A stretch of DNA of 29,344 nucleotides from a virus. The position numbers and the translations under genes were made by a program. Below are positions 4,706 through 11,991 of the stretch, one piece after another (the first letter of the stretch is position 1; every line of letters begins with the position of its first letter). Below the pieces are notes generated by a model. It saw only the letters and a program-made list of their open reading frames with translations. It was not told the DNA's origin and did no database searches. The stretch lies in IMG/VR virus record IMGVR_UViG_3300003323_001383. One strand, written 5' to 3'.

Positions 4706-6730
4706 ATGAACAACGAGAGCATGGGGGCGGCCGAGACCATCGTCCAGTCCCTTCTGTCCCACGCGGACCACATGTACCACAACCGTCCCGGCGTCGTCGT
4801 CGCGGACGCCCGCTTCAAGGTCGGGGTCCGTTGGGAGTACGTGACGCACCGCGAGAAGTGCCGGACCCACGAGGACGACCCGGTGAGGCCGGAGAAGGAC
4901 GCCGAGGGCAAGAAGACCGGCCGCCTGCTCTGCTCCAAGTGCCAGTCTGACGTCCGGGGGAACGGCCACAGGATCGTCTACCGGAAGGTCAAGGTCGGCA
5001 AGAAGGAGGAGGAGCAGAAGGTGGGCTACCTCGGCCCCGACGGGAAGGACGTCCTCGGCCCGAACGGGCAGAAGGTCGCCGAGTACCGCGAGGCCGGCGT
5101 CTTCCCCGAGATCGCCGTCTGGATGTACGAGCAGGTCGCGAAGGTCTGGGAGCTCGACAACGAGTTCGCCGCCCGCTGGGCGTCGCACGCGTTCGGCGAG
5201 GACCACAAGGACCGGGCCGTGATCATGGCGGCCTTCATGCTCGTCCAGTCCCGCAAGGGGGACCCCGTCCGCGAGGACGGCAAGGTCCTGTTCCACGACG
5301 ACGACTTCCGGGACGTCGGCGAGGCCATGGTCCTGCACCTGAAGGACAAGAGGAAGAAGGACGAGCGCGAGATCTCCCCGCGCATGCTCCTGCGCATTCA
5401 CGAGGTCCTGTCGCTCGACGGGATCGCGGCGGTCAACCGGCGCCTCGGCTTCGGGGTCTCCGCCCGCAGGCCGCCCTTGGGCCGCTGGGCGAAGGCCGTC
5501 GAGAAGTGGCTCCTCTACCGGGAGGAGAACCCGAAGATGCTGGAGGGCCTGGTCAAGTCCGGGCAGAAGTCGACCGTCGTCGAGCTCTGCAAGCGCGTCG
5601 GGTACAAGCCCGCCTCGCCCAGGTTCTTCGAGATCCTCGGCGTCCGGCAGAAGCAGGCGCCGGACGGCAGGCGCACGGTCGCCATCGGCCTCGACATCAG
5701 GTCCGGCGGCTCGTGGGAGGGCATGAGCGAGGAGCAGATCTGCGAGGCGATCGTCAGGGACAAGGTCGGCTACAAGCGGGTGGCCGGCATGGTCCCCAGG
5801 TCCGTCGGCGTCACCCGCGCCGTCATGGCCGCGACGATCGAGGCCGGGGGCGTCTCCGACAAGGAGATGATCATCCTCATGCCGACCCTCGAGGAGCTCG
5901 GGCTCCTGGACGTCCCCTCCGTCAAGGAGAGGATCGAGCGCGCCGTCAAGGGCGCGGACGACATGCGCGCCGCGAACGTCGCGGCCCGGATGCGCTCCCA
6001 GGAGGCGAAGGAGAAGCTCCAGGAGGCCTCGGACAACGCCCTGAAGAAGGCGGTCGAGGAGGTCATGAAGGACATGCGCGCGTACATCCTAGTCGACAAG
6101 TCGGGCTCCATGGAGGGCGCGATCGAGGCGGCGAAGGGATGCGTGACGAAGTTCCTCCAGGGCTTTCCGCCCGAGCGGGTCCACGTGGCGTACTTCGACG
6201 CCGTCGGCCGCGAGGTCAGGATCCCGCACCCGTCCGCGGCCGGGGTCGCCAAGGCCTTCTCCGGCATCACGGCCGGAGGCGGGACCAACTACGGCCAGGG
6301 CGTCCTCGCCCTGAGGGACCACGTCCCGAAGGACGAGGAGGACGTCGTCATGATCTTCATCGGCGACGAGGGCCACGGGATCGGCCGGCTCATCAGGCTC
6401 GGCGAGGGCGACCACCCGTCGTTCGCCGCCGACGTCCAGAGGTCCGGCCTGCGGCCGATGGCGTTCGGGCTCATCCCGATCGTCTCGAAGAACCCGCAGT
6501 TCCCGCGCGGCAACTCCGTCCGGAAGACGGCCGCCGAGCTCGGGATCCCCTGCTTCGAGATCGGCGAGGAGACCTTCGCCGACCCCTACGCCATCCCGAG
6601 GACGATCAGGAACATCATCGCGGCGACCCCGGTCACCGCGAGGGCGACGGCCGCCCCGGTCCGGCGGCAGACCCTGGTCGAGGTCATCATGAAGACCGAG
6701 CTCCTCCGGAAGCCCGCTTGGGCAGCCTGA
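4706..6730 (+). CDS. von Willebrand factor A (vWA) domain protein with long helical N-terminal region, possibly TROVE/Ro60-like, 674 aa
   Basis: SD AAGGAG 8 nt upstream. MIDAS DxSxS in ILVDKSGSMEG, then ITAGGGTNYG and VVMIFIGDEGH (vWA). N-terminal GRWAKAVEKWL...KP and C-terminal FADPYAIPRTIRNI recall Ro60 by eye only. Confidence 0.8.
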   Translation: MNNESMGAAETIVQSLLSHADHMYHNRPGVVVADARFKVGVRWEYVTHREKCRTHEDDPVRPEKDAEGKKTGRLLCSKCQSDVRGNGHRIVYRKVKVGKKEEEQKVGYLGPDGKDVLGPNGQKVAEYREAGVFPEIAVWMYEQVAKVWELDNEFAARWASHAFGEDHKDRAVIMAAFMLVQSRKGDPVREDGKVLFHDDDFRDVGEAMVLHLKDKRKKDEREISPRMLLRIHEVLSLDGIAAVNRRLGFGVSARRPPLGRWAKAVEKWLLYREENPKMLEGLVKSGQKSTVVELCKRVGYKPASPRFFEILGVRQKQAPDGRRTVAIGLDIRSGGSWEGMSEEQICEAIVRDKVGYKRVAGMVPRSVGVTRAVMAATIEAGGVSDKEMIILMPTLEELGLLDVPSVKERIERAVKGADDMRAANVAARMRSQEAKEKLQEASDNALKKAVEEVMKDMRAYILVDKSGSMEGAIEAAKGCVTKFLQGFPPERVHVAYFDAVGREVRIPHPSAAGVAKAFSGITAGGGTNYGQGVLALRDHVPKDEEDVVMIFIGDEGHGIGRLIRLGEGDHPSFAADVQRSGLRPMAFGLIPIVSKNPQFPRGNSVRKTAAELGIPCFEIGEETFADPYAIPRTIRNIIAATPVTARATAAPVRRQTLVEVIMKTELLRKPAWAA

Positions 6731-6738
6731 GGCGCACG

Positions 6739-7095
6739 ATGTCGAGGAGGATGGGGCGGGAGCCCCTCCCCTCCCCGGTGTCGCACCGGTCCTACCTCGC
6801 CAGCCCGGCGTTCGGGCTGGCAAGGTCGGGCCGCAGCATCTTCTCGGTCCCGAAGAGGGGGCCGCTCTTCTACGCCGACTTCGAGGCGACGGAGCTCCGG
6901 ATGATGGCCTCCCTGGGCCTCTTCAGGTTCCCGTGCCCCGCCTGCGGAGACCCGCTCCTGGCGAGCGCCCGCTCCGGACGGAGGTCGATGGGGTACCCGC
7001 ACGACCTTGCCGGAAGCCAGGACGACATCCTCGTCCAGCACGCCCTGAAGAAGGGGGACCCCGAGCACGGCGTCCTCCTCGTCATGACGGCGTAG
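6739..7095 (+). CDS. hypothetical protein, 118 aa, C-terminus VLLVMTA
   Basis: GC3-biased frame starting at ATG 6739; contains FYADFEATELRMMA (resembles family-A polymerase motif A) and CPACG. Confidence 0.6.
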   Translation: MSRRMGREPLPSPVSHRSYLASPAFGLARSGRSIFSVPKRGPLFYADFEATELRMMASLGLFRFPCPACGDPLLASARSGRRSMGYPHDLAGSQDDILVQHALKKGDPEHGVLLVMTA

Positions 7096-7146
7096 GGTTC
7101 CCCGTGCTGCCCGGCTTTCGAATACGTGGCCCCGGCCCCTGACCTC

Positions 7147-7220
7147 CCGCCGGTAGCTCAGCGGTCACGAGCACGCGCCTTATAAGCGTGGGGTCGGTGG
7201 TTCAACTCCACCCCGGCGGA
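7147..7220 (+). tRNA. tRNA-Ile(UAU)
   Basis: Acceptor CCGCCGG/CCGGCGG, D-arm TAGCTCAGCGGTCACGAGC, anticodon stem CGCGC/GCGTG loop CTTATAA, T-arm GGTGG-TTCAACT-CCACC. Confidence 0.8.
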
Positions 7221-7264
7221 CGAAGCAGGCGGAGATGGCGCGCCCTCGGGCGTAACGTCGTCCC

Positions 7265-7338
7265 GGGCCCATCGTCTAAGTGGTTAAGGCCCCCGGCTCA
7301 TAACCGGGTAATTCTCGGTTCGAACCCGAGTGGGCCCA
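7265..7338 (+). tRNA. tRNA-Met(CAU), elongator-type (or Ile2 if lysidine-modified)
   Basis: Acceptor GGGCCCA/TGGGCCC (G1:C72), anticodon stem CCCGG/CCGGG loop CTCATAA, T-arm CTCGG-TTCGAAC-CCGAG. Confidence 0.8.
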
Positions 7339-7364
7339 CTCCCGGCGCGGCCGGGGAAGAAATC

Positions 7365-7658
7365 ATGACCAAAACAAAGCTAGTTCAGGCGCTCTCGGAA
7401 CAGAACGACATCACCCGGGCCCAGGCCAAGGGGATCCTCGACAGTCTCTACTCGATCGCGGAGAACGCGCTGAGGGAGGAGGGGTCGTTCACCCTCCCGG
7501 ACGTCGTGAAGCTGACCCTGAAGGACGTCCCGGCGCAGCCGGAGCGGCAGACGATCAACCCCTTTACCAAGCTTCCTCACACCTCGCCCCCGCGCCCGGC
7601 CTCGAAGAAGGTGAAGGCGTCGCCGGCGGCGACCATCAAGAAGGCGTTCCAGAAGTAG
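7365..7658 (+). CDS. HU/IHF family DNA-binding protein, 97 aa
   Basis: MTKTKLVQALSEQNDITRAQAKGILDSL...FTLPDVVKL...RQTINPFT matches the bacterial histone-like fold pattern; SD GGGGAAG upstream of ATG. Confidence 0.85.
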   Translation: MTKTKLVQALSEQNDITRAQAKGILDSLYSIAENALREEGSFTLPDVVKLTLKDVPAQPERQTINPFTKLPHTSPPRPASKKVKASPAATIKKAFQK

Positions 7659-7661
7659 GGC

Positions 7662-8648
7662 ATGTCCTGGCGGGACCTGCTCCAGAAGGAGGACGAGAGC
7701 CTCGTCCTCCCGTGGACCGGAGGGAGGACCGTCCTCTCGCCGGGCCCCGCGTACCAGATGCAGGGTCCGAAGCCCAGGGAGCACGGGTGGAAGGCTTTCC
7801 AGATAAAGGGAAGGAACGCCTTCCACGTCGGCCCGTCGGACCCGGAGGTCTCCGTCCTCGGAAGGCGCGTCACCGGGTACCTCGTCGGGGACCGCGTGGT
7901 CCCCGACGGGACACGGGTGGCCTCCGGCTACGATGGGATAATCTACTCCTCGGAGGCGGTCCACCTCCTCGAGCCCGGGATCGCCAGGTTCGCCAGGGTG
8001 TCCGCCGGCCGCGTCGCCGACGGGGCGCCCCTGGTCTTCGTCTCGGAGGAGATGCCGCTCGGGCCCGAGCAGGACGTCCTCGCCGCGTTCCAGGACCGGG
8101 CCCCGAACCTGGACGGGATCCGCGACGTCGAGCCAGCGCTCTACGCGGCCTTCGTCCTGGAGGTCGGCCAGAGGGCGTCGGCGGAGAAGGCCAGGGCCGA
8201 GCTCGAGGCGCAGCGCGCCCTGGAGGCCGCCCAGGCGGCCGAGAGGGAGCGGATCGGGAGGCTCGTGGAGCAGCTCTCGGACGCGCGCGGGAGGCGCGAG
8301 ATGGCGGCCTACGACTTCGCCCAGGCCGCGTCGGCGGCGCTGACCCTGGCGGAGGCTGAGTACCTGGACCACCGGGCGTCCGCCAACCGAGGGGAGATGG
8401 TCGTTACCTTCCGCCTCGAGGGGCGGAGGTTCGAGTGCGTGTGCGACGCCAGGACACTCCGGATCGTCGACTCGGGCATCTGCCTCGTCGACCACAGGAC
8501 CGGGGTCCGCGGCGACGACCGTTTCACCCTCGAGTCGCTCCCCGGCGTCATCCGCCTGGCGATGAGGACCGGCAGGCTTCACGTCTTCCGCCGGGTCGAC
8601 GACGACTACGGCGAGCGGGAGCACGATGACGACGACTACGACGACTAG
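7662..8648 (+). CDS. hypothetical protein, 328 aa, acidic C-terminal tail
   Basis: GC3-biased ORF starting 3 nt after the HU stop; central Ala/Glu/Arg coiled-coil-like segment; tail DDDYGEREHDDDDYDD. Confidence 0.7.
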   Translation: MSWRDLLQKEDESLVLPWTGGRTVLSPGPAYQMQGPKPREHGWKAFQIKGRNAFHVGPSDPEVSVLGRRVTGYLVGDRVVPDGTRVASGYDGIIYSSEAVHLLEPGIARFARVSAGRVADGAPLVFVSEEMPLGPEQDVLAAFQDRAPNLDGIRDVEPALYAAFVLEVGQRASAEKARAELEAQRALEAAQAAERERIGRLVEQLSDARGRREMAAYDFAQAASAALTLAEAEYLDHRASANRGEMVVTFRLEGRRFECVCDARTLRIVDSGICLVDHRTGVRGDDRFTLESLPGVIRLAMRTGRLHVFRRVDDDYGEREHDDDDYDD

Positions 8649-8649
8649 G

Positions 8650-9021
8650 ATGTCGAAGAAGACCTACAACGAGCGCCTGAGGGTCCTCATGGAGGTGACG
8701 GCCGCGAGGGCCGGGACGGCGGGTTTCAGCGTCGTGGTCCCGCACGCGAGCCCGAAGGAGGTCTGGCGGCTCGACGGGAAGGACATCCGGGACGTCAAGG
8801 CGAGCCTCTCCGGCATGGCCGAGCTCCAGTCCGACCAGGAGTGCGACGAGTGCCTCGAGCTCCTTCCGAGAGGGCACACGGTCGCCGGGAAGGTCATCCT
8901 CTGGGAGAGGGACGGGGGCATACTCCAGTCCCGGTTCCACTGCACCTGCATCCCCTGCTTCGTCCAGGACCGCGGGGGCTACCTGTCCTCAGCCGTCGTC
9001 GCGCTGGTCATGGAGACCTGA
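8650..9021 (+). CDS. hypothetical Cys-rich protein, about 123 aa, C-terminus VALVMET
   Basis: ORF frame open from 8626; ATG 8650 chosen (first ATG after upstream stop); CDEC...CTCIPC motifs. Confidence 0.6.
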   Translation: MSKKTYNERLRVLMEVTAARAGTAGFSVVVPHASPKEVWRLDGKDIRDVKASLSGMAELQSDQECDECLELLPRGHTVAGKVILWERDGGILQSRFHCTCIPCFVQDRGGYLSSAVVALVMET

Positions 9022-9045
9022 CGCGGGCCGGCGTAACGTCCCCGC

Positions 9046-9390
9046 ATGGACAACGACGAGTGCCCGTCGCGGACGACCTACAACGAGCCGATCCGGCACG
9101 TCGGCAGAGCCAGGACGGCGACGAAGCTGGCGATTCTGGCCATCGCGGCCGCGGCCGTCCTGCTCGTGGTCTTCGCGGAGCGACAGCCGAACCCGAGGAA
9201 GGAGCACGACAAGTACGTCTCCGAGCGGCCGGCCTGGAAGGGCCGGGAGTGGAGGGAGACCGAGGCCGTCCTCTTCGAGGACCCGGGCCACCCCCTCACC
9301 TATCACGTCTGCACCTTCCGGGGGTGCGGGCACTACTTCGAGGACAAGACGGGGACCGACATGGCTCCGGGAAACGGGCAGAAGGAATGA
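9046..9390 (+). CDS. single-pass membrane protein, 114 aa
   Basis: Hydrophobic helix KLAILAIAAAAVLLVVFA; stop overlaps next start (ATGA). Confidence 0.65.
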   Translation: MDNDECPSRTTYNEPIRHVGRARTATKLAILAIAAAAVLLVVFAERQPNPRKEHDKYVSERPAWKGREWRETEAVLFEDPGHPLTYHVCTFRGCGHYFEDKTGTDMAPGNGQKE

Positions 9391-9791
9391 GCATCGAGGA
9401 CGCGGCGGTCGTCGGCAAGGACGGGACCGTGGTCTACTGGCACTCCCCGGAGAACAGGTCGTACGGGTTCATCCCCGACTCCAGGAAGCTCTGGGACGTC
9501 ATATGGGAGGGGAGGGCCTCCATCGACGGGATCGCCCACACTCACCCGGGCAGGGGCTACCCGAACCCGTCGAAGACGGACCTGACGACCTTCGAGGCCG
9601 TCGAGAAGGGCATCGGGCGCCGCATCAAGTGGTGGATACTGAGCGCGGACTCCTCGGTCCTCCTCGAGTGGAGCGACGAGTTCTCCGGAGGGTACGACGT
9701 CACCAGCTACATGACCGTGGAGCGAGAGCCGGGGTGGATGGCGGCCCTCAGGGCCCGCTCTTTCCCGGAGCTCCAGGCCGCGCCCGCGTAG
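9387..9791 (+). CDS. JAB/MPN (JAMM) family metallopeptidase, 134 aa
   Basis: GIAHTHPGRGYPNPSKTD fits the JAMM H-x-H-x(7-8)-S-x-x-D zinc motif; ATGA overlap with upstream gene. Confidence 0.7.
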   Translation: MSIEDAAVVGKDGTVVYWHSPENRSYGFIPDSRKLWDVIWEGRASIDGIAHTHPGRGYPNPSKTDLTTFEAVEKGIGRRIKWWILSADSSVLLEWSDEFSGGYDVTSYMTVEREPGWMAALRARSFPELQAAPA

Positions 9792-9799
9792 CGCGGCCC

Positions 9800-10522
9800 A
9801 TGTCGCTGGACTGCATCATATCCGTCACCCCGAAGGCCCGAGGGAGGGCCAGGAAGACCGTGAACGGGCCGGTCTCCCGCTTCATCCGGGACGACGAGGA
9901 CTACTACCAGGCCGTCCTCAAGCACCTCAAGGAGTGCAGGGTGTGCGACCCCGCGGAGGCCCTCCGGGGGTTCCTGAAGAACCGGCGGGCCGAGAAGTTC
10001 GGTGGCAGGGTCTCGGGCCTCCTCCTCAACATGGCGGCCAAGTACGTCAAGAACTTCCGCCACCGCGGCGAGGAGATCGACGCCCTCTACAGGGAATACC
10101 TCGTCGGGCATTTCTCCAGCTTCCACGACCTCGAGGAGGCCAGGGGTCTGACGGTCGAGGAGGTGCGCCGGGCCCACTCGATGTACATGACCCGGCACGA
10201 GCGGGAGGTCCGCCTCGCCCTCGAGTCGGAGGCCGGCCCGAAGGAGAAGAAAAAGCGCGCGGAGCCGCACCCGTTCGACGAGGCGCAGAGCCGCATGGGG
10301 TGGAAGGACGAGGTCTGGCCGAGGGAGGCCCTCGGCCGCATCGTCCCGGTCGATCTCCAGTTTTACGCCTCCCTCTCCGAGGAGGAGGCGGAGGACCTCG
10401 GCCCCTACCCCCTCGCCGTCTGGCTCGTCACCCGCCACAGCTGGGAGACGGCCATCCGGGAGGAGTCGGTCATCGCGGAGTACGCGAGGCTCCAGCTCGC
10501 GCAGAACGTCATGGACTCGTGA
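9800..10522 (+). CDS. hypothetical protein, 240 aa, C-terminus AQNVMDS
   Basis: GC3-biased frame from ATG 9800; sits between the JAB and small Gly-terminated protein genes; no E2 signature recognised. Confidence 0.65.
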   Translation: MSLDCIISVTPKARGRARKTVNGPVSRFIRDDEDYYQAVLKHLKECRVCDPAEALRGFLKNRRAEKFGGRVSGLLLNMAAKYVKNFRHRGEEIDALYREYLVGHFSSFHDLEEARGLTVEEVRRAHSMYMTRHEREVRLALESEAGPKEKKKRAEPHPFDEAQSRMGWKDEVWPREALGRIVPVDLQFYASLSEEEAEDLGPYPLAVWLVTRHSWETAIREESVIAEYARLQLAQNVMDS

Positions 10523-10559
10523 GGGTCCGAGTGTAGCGATAGTGGAAGGAGACACGAAA

Positions 10560-10847
10560 ATGGTAGACATCGTTCAAGTTGGAGGAGGGTTCGTCGGCCC
10601 GAACGAGGCGAAGGTGAACCTTTCCTGGGGAGGGCAGAACTACGACCTCTCCAACCCGGTCCCCCTGGACATCACGGACGCGGACCTCAAGGGCGTCCTA
10701 TCCGAGGTCATCCGCGCGGGCGGCGACGGCATCCCGGCGGACCAGGACGTGGGCCCGATGGCGAACTTCGTCGTCGAGCGGCTCGGCCCGACGGCGAGGC
10801 GCCCGCACAACCTCATCATGGTCCAGCCGAAGACCGAGTTCGGCTGA
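10560..10847 (+). CDS. small protein ending in Gly, 95 aa (candidate ubiquitin-like / sulfur-carrier protein)
   Basis: Perfect SD AAGGAG 8 nt before ATG 10560; C-terminus ..QPKTEFG followed by stop; directly upstream of the E1-like gene. Beta-grasp fold not verifiable by eye. Confidence 0.6.
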   Translation: MVDIVQVGGGFVGPNEAKVNLSWGGQNYDLSNPVPLDITDADLKGVLSEVIRAGGDGIPADQDVGPMANFVVERLGPTARRPHNLIMVQPKTEFG

Positions 10848-10852
10848 GGAGG

Positions 10853-10875
10853 CCGGCCCCGGAGATCCCGGGGCC
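10853..10875 (+). promoter_or_regulatory. intercistronic GC hairpin between the small Gly-terminated protein gene and the E1-like gene
   Basis: CGGCCCCGG-agatc-CCGGGGCCG, 9-bp stem, 6 nt after the stop and 18 nt before the E1 start. Confidence 0.4.
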
Positions 10876-10893
10876 GAGCCCTTAGGGGTCAGG

Positions 10894-11466
10894 ATGAAGA
10901 AGGTCACGATCGTCGGCGCCGGGGCCCTGGGCTCTCACCTCGTCATGCTGCTTCGGAACCACGCCGACATGAAGGTCGTGGACTTCGACCGCATCGAGAC
11001 GAAGAACACGATGTCCCAGCTCCACGGCAAGAGCACGGTCGGGAAGAACAAGGCAAAGTCTCTCCAGCAGACGATGCTCTTCCTGTTCGGCACGAGGCTC
11101 GAGGCGGTCCCGCACCGGCTCGAGCCGTCGAACGTCAAGGAGCTCCTCGAGGGCTCGGACCTCGTGGTCGACTGCGTCGACGACGGGCCGACCCGGAGGG
11201 TCATCCAGGCGTTCTGCGTGGAGAGAGGGATTGCGTGCCTGCACGGGGCGCTCTCGGCCGCCGGGGCAGACTTCGGCCAGGCCCGGTGGACCGAGGAGTT
11301 CACAGCCCACGACCGGACGGAGGGCGCGCCGACCTGCGAGGACGGCGAGCATCTTCCGTACATCGCGAAGGCCTCGGCGCAGCTCGCCATCGCGGCGCAG
11401 GACTTCCTGCGCGACGGCTCCAAGCGCGGGTTCCTCGTGCAGCGGGGCCCGGTCAAGGAGATCTGA
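10894..11466 (+). CDS. ThiF/MoeB/HesA-type E1-like adenylyltransferase (short form), 190 aa
   Basis: N-terminal Rossmann loop VTIVGAGALGSHL, VVDFDRIETKN, DLVVDCVDDGPTRR, all typical of the E1/ThiF adenylation domain; Cys in APTCEDGE. Confidence 0.8.
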   Translation: MKKVTIVGAGALGSHLVMLLRNHADMKVVDFDRIETKNTMSQLHGKSTVGKNKAKSLQQTMLFLFGTRLEAVPHRLEPSNVKELLEGSDLVVDCVDDGPTRRVIQAFCVERGIACLHGALSAAGADFGQARWTEEFTAHDRTEGAPTCEDGEHLPYIAKASAQLAIAAQDFLRDGSKRGFLVQRGPVKEI

Positions 11467-11469
11467 GGA

Positions 11470-11499
11470 TTGACGGCGGTACGTCCGCCGGTGTAAAGT
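11470..11499 (+). promoter_or_regulatory. candidate sigma-70-type promoter ahead of the long tRNA-like RNA cluster
   Basis: TTGACG-N18-TAAAGT; the spacer holds the hairpin GGCGG-tacgt-CCGCC, which could instead terminate the E1 gene. Confidence 0.3.
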
Positions 11500-11552
11500 A
11501 ACGACGTCAGCAGCGAGACGCCAAGCGTCTCCGGGACCAGAAGGTCCCTCTC

Positions 11553-11682
11553 GGGGTTCAAGGAGACTGGGTCTCCACCAATCGGTAAAATTGGCAAATC
11601 ACCCAGAGTCGGCAATCGGGCCAGCGATGGCCCTCCCGAACGGCTCTCACAAGCAAGCTAGGTTCGATTCCTAGGGACCCCA
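11553..11682 (+). ncRNA. 130-nt tRNA-shaped RNA with 63-nt insertion at variable-loop position (copy 1, anticodon-loop CGGTAAA)
   Basis: Acceptor GGGGTTC/GGACCCC, D-arm GGAG-ACTGGGT-CTCC, anticodon arm CCAAT-CGGTAAA-ATTGG (GUA, but G33), T-arm CTAGG-TTCGATT-CCTAG. Insertion shares blocks with copies 2 and 3. Confidence 0.6.
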
Positions 11683-11717
11683 CACGCCGGGCCTTCCGGC
11701 GTAAGATCGCAGAGTTC

Positions 11718-11851
11718 GCCCCGTAAGAGGTCTGGGTACCTCATTTCCCTTCCACGGAAACACACAACACCCCAGGCTAGCCAATCGACCCCTCGCGGGG
11801 TCACCAGGCACAGTCTCACATGCATGGATGGTTCGATTCCATCACGGGGCT
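11718..11851 (+). ncRNA. 134-nt tRNA-shaped RNA with 66-nt insertion (copy 2, anticodon UCC)
   Basis: Acceptor GCCCCGT/ACGGGGC, D-arm GAGG-TCTGGGTA-CCTC, anticodon arm TTTCC-CTTCCAC-GGAAA, T-arm GATGG-TTCGATT-CCATC, then T-CCA. Confidence 0.6.
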
Positions 11852-11880
11852 CCAGAGGCGTTCAGCGCGGCAAAGCACAC

Positions 11881-11952
11881 ATGCAATTAGCTCAAAGGTA
11901 GAGCGTCGGCCTACTAAGCCGGATGTTGCGGCCTCGAAAACCGCATTGCAAT
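11881..11952 (+). tRNA. aberrant class-I tRNA, anticodon ACU, imperfect T-arm (undetermined identity or pseudogene)
   Basis: D-arm TAGCTCAAAGGTAGAGC, anticodon stem TCGGC/GCCGG loop CTACTAA, T-arm GCGGC-CTCGAAA-ACCGC (C:A at 53:61, C54), acceptor ATGCAAT/ATTGCAA (A:A at 1:72); AT-richer than its neighbours. Confidence 0.4.
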
Positions 11953-11991
11953 CCAACCTCCCGCTTTCCGAATCGAACGTCTCGTAGTCTT

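Noticed and set aside
3881-5401. Very long alternative-frame or antisense ORFs (3881-5401 -, 5506-7095 + upstream part, 7380-8624 -, 6089-6823 -, 19258-20070 +, 22093-23505 -, 26817-29036 -, 27356-28819 +)
   Set aside because: They overlap better-supported genes and translate to Arg/Pro/Gly/Ala-rich low-complexity sequence. They lack the third-position G/C bias of the chosen frames. These are typical stop-codon-poor artefacts of GC-rich DNA.
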